Origin: a virus
Taxonomy: Duplodnaviria > Caudoviricetes
Strand: one strand, 5' to 3'
Length of the DNA stretch: 55,127 bases
IMG/VR virus record: IMGVR_UViG_3300023179_004109
Location: 1-55,127 of that record
The position numbers were made by a program, and so were the translations under genes. Each line of letters starts with the position of its first letter. The first letter of the stretch is position 1. Positions 48,530 through 55,127 of this stretch are shown here, in pieces. The notes below the pieces were generated by a model. That model saw only the letters and a program-made list of their open reading frames with translations. It had not been told where the DNA came from and did no database searches.

Positions 48530-49443
48530 TGGTTATAAAAATAACATATCATTTAATGCCTTGGGAAATTGATTATGCATTGCAATCATTTACTCAATTT
48601 AAAAAATCTAAATATTATCTTGAAAAAGGTGATACTGTTAAAATTGATTCATTCTTAAATCTATCTAGCTATCTTATCGATTGGGATAAAAGTAAATTAC
48701 CAAAAGAGTTCTTTATTCAAAAATATAAGGACCTATCTAACTTGCTAATTGATTATGATCATACTCCGTTCATATATGAAGGAGATGAGTTGTTTGGTAT
48801 TTTAGATAAACAGAGAATGGCCTATTCTTCTGATGTCGATTACTATATTGAATTATGTCCTGACATGTATTTTAGTGAAACCTTACTTGCATCACTAATA
48901 AGTGCAGCTAAAGTAGTACCTAATAAATACTTTGCCATCACTCCACAATTATACAAAATGTGGGACTGGACTTGGGATGTATTAGTAGCTGATAGACATA
49001 TGAATATACCTTATGACCAATGGGATAAAGCAGATTTATTTGATATTAGATGGGATTTTAAAAATGCAAATATAGAAAGACAACTTAAATCATCTCCAGT
49101 AAGTAAATGGTGTAATTGGTTTGATCTATATAATAAAGCATTCTATGAGGAAATGATTCCAGTGCATGATGATTGGCATGGATACGGACCTGGAGATACT
49201 TATGGGATGATAATTTCAGAGCATGCTAAAAAACAGGGTGCTGATTTTCAACAGTATATTTTAGAGGGTGAGCTTATATTTGAATATCCAATTGGCCCCT
49301 TAAAACAACGTAATGTTAGTAGTGTTTATAGAGATATGATTGTAACTAAAAATGTTCCTAACCAAAGAGCAGTATTCGAGGCCAAGTTTAATGATTACCT
49401 TAATATAGGAGTTCAACAACTAATTAATAAAAAAATAATCTAA
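48529..49443 (+). CDS. putative GT-A-fold glycosyltransferase
   Basis: YYIELCPDMYF at a DxD-like position and GYGPGD resembling GT2/GT7 C-terminal motifs; cluster context. Confidence 0.5.
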   Translation: MVIKITYHLMPWEIDYALQSFTQFKKSKYYLEKGDTVKIDSFLNLSSYLIDWDKSKLPKEFFIQKYKDLSNLLIDYDHTPFIYEGDELFGILDKQRMAYSSDVDYYIELCPDMYFSETLLASLISAAKVVPNKYFAITPQLYKMWDWTWDVLVADRHMNIPYDQWDKADLFDIRWDFKNANIERQLKSSPVSKWCNWFDLYNKAFYEEMIPVHDDWHGYGPGDTYGMIISEHAKKQGADFQQYILEGELIFEYPIGPLKQRNVSSVYRDMIVTKNVPNQRAVFEAKFNDYLNIGVQQLINKKII

Positions 49444-50312
49444 TGAATATATTTTCTAATTTTAGACCTGAAAGTAGTTCTGTTTATGATGGGATTAGAT
49501 TATTGGATAAACCAATAACATTCTTCTATGACTTTATACCTCAAAGTATAGAACAACTCAATATTAATCCTTATAATTTCATTATGCTTCATGAGCCAGA
49601 TGAATTTTTCGGAATGCATAGTTGGATCTTGAATAATCATCATTTATTTACAGGTATATTAACTTGGAATAAAGAATTATTAGAAAAATGCCCTAACGCC
49701 ATTTTATTTCATCATGTTGGTGAAGGCGGGTGTGGGATGGAGATTAATAATTATCTAGAAACATTTAATGAAGAATATCCTGATAAATCATTTAATGTTA
49801 GTTTCTTAAGTGGAGCTAAATCATTAGTTGATGGACATAAATTTAGACAAGAAATATATAAAATAGGAGATCAAATTTATATTCCTAAAAAATGGTTCTA
49901 CACATTAGATGATTTTAATGAAGATAATTTTAAAAAGGGAGGTGTTGGTCGTCCTGACAATATATGGCACTCTAAAAAAATATGCTACATCAACACTATG
50001 TTTCATATTGGTGTAGAAAATGTTAATACTAATAATTGGTATACAGAAAAAATAACAGATGCTTTTGCTACTAAAACAGTTCCTGTATATTGGGGTTGTC
50101 CTAATTTAGGAGATTTAGGTTATGATGAAAAAGGTATTTTAAGATTTAACACTATACCTGAACTTATTTCTTTAGTTAATTCATTAACACCTGAAAAGTA
50201 TTATGACATGCTACCACATATAGAATATAACTGTGAAATGGTTAAGCATCATAGAATTAAAGATAAATTAGAGGAGTTTTTTAAAGAAATAATTAAAATT
50301 AACAATTTATAA
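49443..50312 (+). CDS. GT10 (alpha-1,3/4-fucosyltransferase-like) glycosyltransferase
   Basis: FHIGVENVNTNNWYTEKITDAFATKTVPVYWG matches the EN...Y.TEK...P.YWG motif. Confidence 0.8.
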   Translation: MNIFSNFRPESSSVYDGIRLLDKPITFFYDFIPQSIEQLNINPYNFIMLHEPDEFFGMHSWILNNHHLFTGILTWNKELLEKCPNAILFHHVGEGGCGMEINNYLETFNEEYPDKSFNVSFLSGAKSLVDGHKFRQEIYKIGDQIYIPKKWFYTLDDFNEDNFKKGGVGRPDNIWHSKKICYINTMFHIGVENVNTNNWYTEKITDAFATKTVPVYWGCPNLGDLGYDEKGILRFNTIPELISLVNSLTPEKYYDMLPHIEYNCEMVKHHRIKDKLEEFFKEIIKINNL

Positions 50313-50349
50313 TAAACAAGTATATATTTACATCAAATAATAATTAAAC

Positions 50350-51288
50350 ATGAAAACAGTTTTGATAACAGGTGGCGCTGGCTACCTAGGTTCTGTTCTA
50401 ACAGAAGTACTAATCAACAAAGGTTATAAAGTTACAGTCTTAGATAACCTAATCTATAAACAAACATCAGTAGCTCCTTTTGTTTATAATCCTAATTTTA
50501 ATTTTGTTTTAGGAGACGTAACGGACAATGCTGTTCTTAGACCATTAGTGGAATCACATGATGTAATTATCCCGTTAGCTGCTATTGTAGGTATGCCTGC
50601 TTGTAAAGCACAACCTGAACTAACAGTTAAAGTAAACTATTTACAAGTAAAAAATATTACAGAGTGGATTAATAAGAATCAAATGGTATTAATTCCAAAC
50701 ACTAATAGCCAGTATGGTTCATCAACTGAAATCATTACTGAAGATTCTCCATTTAAACCATTATCTCTATATGCTGAAACAAAATGTGATGCTGAGAAAG
50801 TAGTATTAGAATCAGGTAATGGTATTGCCTTGCGCTTAGCAACAGTATTTGGTATGTCATATAGAATGAGAATGGATTTATTAGTAAATGACTTTGTTTA
50901 TAAAGCAGTAACTGATGGTTATTTAGTGTTATTTGAATCTCATTTCATCCGCAATTACATTCATATCAGAGATATCGCTAATACATTCTTATTTATGATT
51001 GAAAATTATGAAAAATGCAATAATAATGCATTTAATGTTGGATTAACATCAGCTAATTGCACAAAACTAGAATTAGCAGAAACAATCCAGAAATACATTC
51101 CAGATTTAGTTATTGTTGAAAATAATTTCAAACAAGACTTCGATCAGAGAAATTATATAGTTTCAAATGCTAAATTAGAATCATTTGGATGGACTCCTCA
51201 ATTCAGTTTAGAAGACGGTATTCAAGAATTAATAAAAGGATATCAATTAATCACTAAATTTAAAAATAAAGACTTTACAAATCTATAA
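50350..51288 (+). CDS. NAD-dependent nucleotide-sugar epimerase/dehydratase/reductase
   Basis: TGGAGYLG, LAAIVG.PAC, YAETK, LRLATVFG, RNYIHIRD. Confidence 0.9.
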   Translation: MKTVLITGGAGYLGSVLTEVLINKGYKVTVLDNLIYKQTSVAPFVYNPNFNFVLGDVTDNAVLRPLVESHDVIIPLAAIVGMPACKAQPELTVKVNYLQVKNITEWINKNQMVLIPNTNSQYGSSTEIITEDSPFKPLSLYAETKCDAEKVVLESGNGIALRLATVFGMSYRMRMDLLVNDFVYKAVTDGYLVLFESHFIRNYIHIRDIANTFLFMIENYEKCNNNAFNVGLTSANCTKLELAETIQKYIPDLVIVENNFKQDFDQRNYIVSNAKLESFGWTPQFSLEDGIQELIKGYQLITKFKNKDFTNL

Positions 51289-52247
51289 TGAAAATATTAG
51301 TAGTATATAACATTTGTGGTTTAAAATTTGATAATTTAGAAATGTGGTCTAACCACCTTAAAGACATTTTAAATCAAGACCACCCTAACTTTACTGTGGC
51401 TGTTTCTGGTTGTATCGTTTCAGACAAAAGTAAAAATGAACTTCAAAAACTTAAAGACAAGTATAGTAATATTTGTTTTAATTGGATAGAAGACTTATTA
51501 CCAGTTAATGCAACATTCAACCACACAGCACAAGTTTGCACTGAACAATTTGGAGAATATGATGGTTATCTTTACGTAGCATCAGATGTTAAATTTGGTA
51601 CTGATGATAAAGTAATAAGCAAATTAGCTTATTTACATGAAAATAGTAACAGTGCTATGACTTATGCTTTAGTAGATAATGACCATGGATTAGATGGTTG
51701 GTATGCTGATTGTTGGAATGAATTAGATAAATTATTAGAAACAGATCATTTTTCAATTAATATAGGCCGTACAGCAAATATGCATGTTATCTTATTTGAT
51801 AAAGAAATATATAAACAATTTAACCACCAAATAATCCCAGACATATTTGCTACTCACTGTACTGAAACAACATACAGTTTCTTAGCAGCGGCTTTAAGTA
51901 AAAAATATATTGTACATAATAAAGATATTATGTTAAAACATATTGGGTTTGCTGATGGTCATAGTGTTGGTTTTATAGGTGAAATTGCATACAATAATAA
52001 CCTTGCTTGGAAACACCTATTTAAATCTAAAATAACAGCTGAAGAGAGATTATTAAATGATGAAGCTAAGGCAAGTGGGTTTGGATACGAAGAACATAAA
52101 GGTCTTTTAATGCACGATGAATCAATGTATGATGATAATGAAAATCACATTGAACCTCAAAAATTACTTGGCTTCCTTAAAAAAGCTATATACCTTTCAG
52201 AGGACGAATTTAACTACAATAATATTAAATATCAATTTACAATATGA
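51288..52247 (+). CDS. putative glycosyltransferase-like protein
   Basis: N.TFN and YLYVASDV at GT-A-like positions; cluster context only. Confidence 0.45.
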   Translation: MKILVVYNICGLKFDNLEMWSNHLKDILNQDHPNFTVAVSGCIVSDKSKNELQKLKDKYSNICFNWIEDLLPVNATFNHTAQVCTEQFGEYDGYLYVASDVKFGTDDKVISKLAYLHENSNSAMTYALVDNDHGLDGWYADCWNELDKLLETDHFSINIGRTANMHVILFDKEIYKQFNHQIIPDIFATHCTETTYSFLAAALSKKYIVHNKDIMLKHIGFADGHSVGFIGEIAYNNNLAWKHLFKSKITAEERLLNDEAKASGFGYEEHKGLLMHDESMYDDNENHIEPQKLLGFLKKAIYLSEDEFNYNNIKYQFTI

Positions 52248-53773
52248 TAGATGTTTTATTTATAACACCAGGTAATGCTAGTGGCATATACCAAAATTTA
52301 GCTAGTAATTATGCAGCAATTGAACCCCCTACCTGGGCATTGCTACTAGCAGAATCATGTCGTTCAATAGGACATAAAGTAAGTCTTATCGATATTAACG
52401 CTGAGCAATTAGAAAATAGTGAAGTAGTGGATAGAATTAAACTATTAAACCCACGCTTAATATGTTTCGTAGTATACGGACAAAATGTAAATTCAGGTAC
52501 TGTAAATATGAGTGGTGCTACTTATACTTCTAATTATATTAAAGAAGTAGGTATTACAATACCAATTGCTTATGTAGGTTCATACGTTCAAGCAGTTCCT
52601 ATTAAAGCACTTAAAGAAGAACCATCAATTGATTTTGCATTTATAAATGAAGGAGTATATGCATTAAGAAACGTATTAGCTCAAGAAATAATTGATATTA
52701 CTAATTTAGATCATATTAAAGGTATTGTTTGGAGAAAAGACGGAATACCTAAAATGAATCCTGCTGAAAAAGTAGTACCAAACGAAAGAATGGATATTGA
52801 TCTTCCAGGGTATGCTTGGGATCTATTACCTAGCAAAGAAAAACCACTTGATTTATACAGAGCACCTATGTGGCATGCTGAATATGATCAAGATAAAAGA
52901 TCACCATACGCAGCAATTCAAACATCTTTAGGATGTCAATTTGGTTGTGAATTCTGTATGATTAACATCATAAACAGAAATGATGACGAAGAAATTGGAG
53001 TTGCTGGTAACTATAGTGCTATGCGTTATTGGTCTCCTGAGTTTATTATTAAAGAATTTGATAAGTTAATTGAATTAGGAGTTTATACTATTAAAATTAC
53101 AGATGAATTATTCTTATTGAATAGAAAATATTATGTTCCACTATGTGAAATGTTAAGAGATAGAGGTTACGGTGATAAACTAAGAATGTGGGCTTATTCA
53201 AGAGTGGATACAGTAAAGCGACCTGAATTACTAGAACTAGTACGTTCAGCTGGTATTAAATGGTTAGCTTTAGGTATTGAAAGTGGAGATAAAAATGTAA
53301 GATTAGAAGTATCTAAAGGTAAATTTGAAGATGTAGATATTGATAAAGTAATAGAACAAGTACATGCTGCTAATATTGAAGTAATGGCTAATTATATTTT
53401 TGGATTACCAGGTGATACTCAAGAAAGTATGCAGAAAACTTTAGAATTGTCAAAAGAATTATGTACATTTGGATGGAATGCATATGCAGCAATGGCACTA
53501 CCAGGAAGTCAGTTATATAAAAATGCTATTATAAATGGTACTCCATTACCAACTACGTATGAAGGTTATTCGTTTCATGGATATGATACATTATCCCTAC
53601 CAACAAATACCTTAACATCCGCTGAAGTACTAGCATTTAGAGATAAAGCGTTTGATGAATATCATTCATATGCTCCATTCCAGGAAAAAGTAAAAGCAAA
53701 ATTTGGACAAGTAGCGGTTGATAATATTAATGAAATGCTTAAAGTTAAATTAAAAAGAAAAATTCTTGAATAA
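52244..53773 (+). CDS. cobalamin-binding radical SAM enzyme (class B methyltransferase-like)
   Basis: N-terminal B12-binding-like domain (PP.W.., DFAFINEG), SLGCQFGCEFC, DELF, LGIESG, IFGLPGDT, PGSQLY. Confidence 0.88.
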   Translation: MIDVLFITPGNASGIYQNLASNYAAIEPPTWALLLAESCRSIGHKVSLIDINAEQLENSEVVDRIKLLNPRLICFVVYGQNVNSGTVNMSGATYTSNYIKEVGITIPIAYVGSYVQAVPIKALKEEPSIDFAFINEGVYALRNVLAQEIIDITNLDHIKGIVWRKDGIPKMNPAEKVVPNERMDIDLPGYAWDLLPSKEKPLDLYRAPMWHAEYDQDKRSPYAAIQTSLGCQFGCEFCMINIINRNDDEEIGVAGNYSAMRYWSPEFIIKEFDKLIELGVYTIKITDELFLLNRKYYVPLCEMLRDRGYGDKLRMWAYSRVDTVKRPELLELVRSAGIKWLALGIESGDKNVRLEVSKGKFEDVDIDKVIEQVHAANIEVMANYIFGLPGDTQESMQKTLELSKELCTFGWNAYAAMALPGSQLYKNAIINGTPLPTTYEGYSFHGYDTLSLPTNTLTSAEVLAFRDKAFDEYHSYAPFQEKVKAKFGQVAVDNINEMLKVKLKRKILE

Positions 53774-54366
53774 TGACAAAAGAACAATTAATTGCTTTTG
53801 AAGATGACATAGCAGAATGTTTCAATAATGCTATGATCAAAGCCCCAGTTCATTTATATTATGGAAATGAAGATCAGATGATTAATATATTTCAAAAAGT
53901 ACAACCTGAAGATTGGGTATTCTGTACTTGGAGATCACATTATCAATGTCTGCTTAAAGGCGTTCCACAAGAACAAATCAAACAAGATATTTTAAGCGGT
54001 AAATCTATTACTCTCTGCTACCCTGAGTATAATATTTACTCTTCAGCTATAGTAACAGGTAATATTCCTATTGCAACAGGCACAGCATTAGATATTAAAC
54101 GTAAAGGCGGTACTAATCACGTATGGTGTTTCGTTGGAGAAATGACTTCAGAAACAGGTACTTTCTTTGAAAATTGGAAATATGCAGTAAATCATGATTT
54201 ACCAATCACATATGTAATTGAAGATAATGGTAAATCTGTTTGTACTGATACTAAAGCAGTTTGGAATAGTGAATTATATTTCGCTAATGAAACTAAAAAA
54301 ATTATCTATTACAAATACGAAACAAAATATCCTCACGCTGGTGCAGGTAAACGAATTCAATTTTAA
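53773..54366 (+). CDS. ThDP-dependent enzyme, E1-alpha-like (short)
   Basis: HL..GNE, WRSH, SAIV, VGEM...EDN variant of the GDG..NN motif. Confidence 0.8.
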   Translation: MTKEQLIAFEDDIAECFNNAMIKAPVHLYYGNEDQMINIFQKVQPEDWVFCTWRSHYQCLLKGVPQEQIKQDILSGKSITLCYPEYNIYSSAIVTGNIPIATGTALDIKRKGGTNHVWCFVGEMTSETGTFFENWKYAVNHDLPITYVIEDNGKSVCTDTKAVWNSELYFANETKKIIYYKYETKYPHAGAGKRIQF

Positions 54367-54369
54367 TAT

Positions 54370-54906
54370 ATGAAATATTTTGATGAGCTAAAACGCTCAA
54401 TGGACTGGCTCAATGAAAAACCAGATACACTATTTTTAGGACAAGCTGTAGAATATGCTGGTACTGCTATGACTAATACACTTAAAGATGTAAATAAGAG
54501 CAAATTACTTGAAATGCCAGTTAATGAAGATATGCAAATGGGTATGACTTTAGGAATGGCATTAAATGGTACTGTACCTATTTCTATTTACCCTAGATGG
54601 AATTTTTTATTACTAGCAGCTAATCAGCTTGTAAATCATTTAGACAAAATTAAAATTATGTCTGATGGTGGGTATAAACCTAGAGTAATTATTAGAACAT
54701 CTATTGGAGCACAACGTCCTCTTCATCCTCAACATCAACATATTGCTGATTTTACGGGTGGATTTAGATCAATGTGTGACTTTGTAGATATAATTAGATT
54801 AGATGAGCCATATCAGATATTTGAATCATTTAAATATGCTTACGAAAGAACAGACAACCGCCCTACTATCTTAGTTGAATGGGGTGATTATTACGGAGAA
54901 AAATAA
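54370..54906 (+). CDS. ThDP-dependent enzyme, E1-beta/transketolase pyrimidine-binding domain only
   Basis: FLGQ, EMPVNE..QMG...GMAL.G, NQLVN, PQHQH; 178 aa. Confidence 0.8.
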   Translation: MKYFDELKRSMDWLNEKPDTLFLGQAVEYAGTAMTNTLKDVNKSKLLEMPVNEDMQMGMTLGMALNGTVPISIYPRWNFLLLAANQLVNHLDKIKIMSDGGYKPRVIIRTSIGAQRPLHPQHQHIADFTGGFRSMCDFVDIIRLDEPYQIFESFKYAYERTDNRPTILVEWGDYYGEK

Positions 54907-54916
54907 AATACAACAT

Positions 54917-55127
54917 ATGAGTAATTTCTATTTACCTTTAATGAGTGATAATATTGACAAACAAGATATTAATTCATTAATTGAATTTTTAAGTCAAGAC
55001 CAAATACCTAAATTAACAAACGGACCTAAAGTGGTTGAATTTGAAAATGCTTGGGGAGAATGGCTAGGTACAAAATATAATTTAATGGTTAACTCTGGAG
55101 CATCAGCAAATGAATTAACTATGCTAG
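54917..55127 (+). CDS. DegT/DnrJ-family PLP sugar aminotransferase/dehydratase (5' part, truncated by the window)
   Basis: LTNGPKVVEFENAWGEWLGTKYNLMVNSGASAN. Confidence 0.8.
   Translation, partial: MSNFYLPLMSDNIDKQDINSLIEFLSQDQIPKLTNGPKVVEFENAWGEWLGTKYNLMVNSGASANELTML

Noticed and set aside
53773-54906. Pyruvate dehydrogenase as an auxiliary metabolic gene
   Set aside because: Subunits are truncated, no E2/E3 is present, and the context is nucleotide-sugar biosynthesis.
1-55127. tRNA/rRNA genes, introns, inteins, transposases, stop-codon reassignment
   Set aside because: No cloverleaf or T-loop in intergenic gaps, conserved enzymes have normal or short lengths, and genes terminate normally under the standard code.

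Overview
AT-rich window (roughly 30% GC by eye), densely coded almost entirely on the + strand. It comes from a large contractile-tailed dsDNA phage with a distantly T4-like gene set. A Bacteroidetes host is inferred from TTTG-N20-TAnnTTTA promoter-like boxes and A-rich translation starts without Shine-Dalgarno motifs. Modules in order: (1) tail and baseplate (0.4-13.3 kb), including a hidden frameshift-extended tail chaperone; (2) replication and nucleotide metabolism (short PolA-like polymerase, SSB, RecA/UvsX, 5'-3' exonuclease, helicase, thioredoxin, NrdB/NrdA); (3) a 7-deazaguanine DNA-modification cluster (queD, TGT/DpdA-like, queC, queE, folE, PRTase) with a candidate RNA pseudoknot in front of queC; (4) two Ser/Thr-rich repeat proteins, one mucin-like and masked by a 1-nt frameshift; (5) PolB, sliding clamp, GroES/GroEL, clamp loader and a Cas4-like nuclease; (6) a glycan-biosynthesis island of at least 15 kb that runs off the right edge (several glycosyltransferases, RfbH, RmlB, a B12 radical SAM enzyme, a minimal ThDP enzyme pair). 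The leading hypothesis, which is inference, is a phage-encoded virion glycosylation system that makes unusual deoxy, branched or methylated sugars, with [S/T]-G-S and [S/T]-A-S rich segments and Thr-rich repeats as acceptors. All family assignments come from motif recognition by eye; no searches were run.
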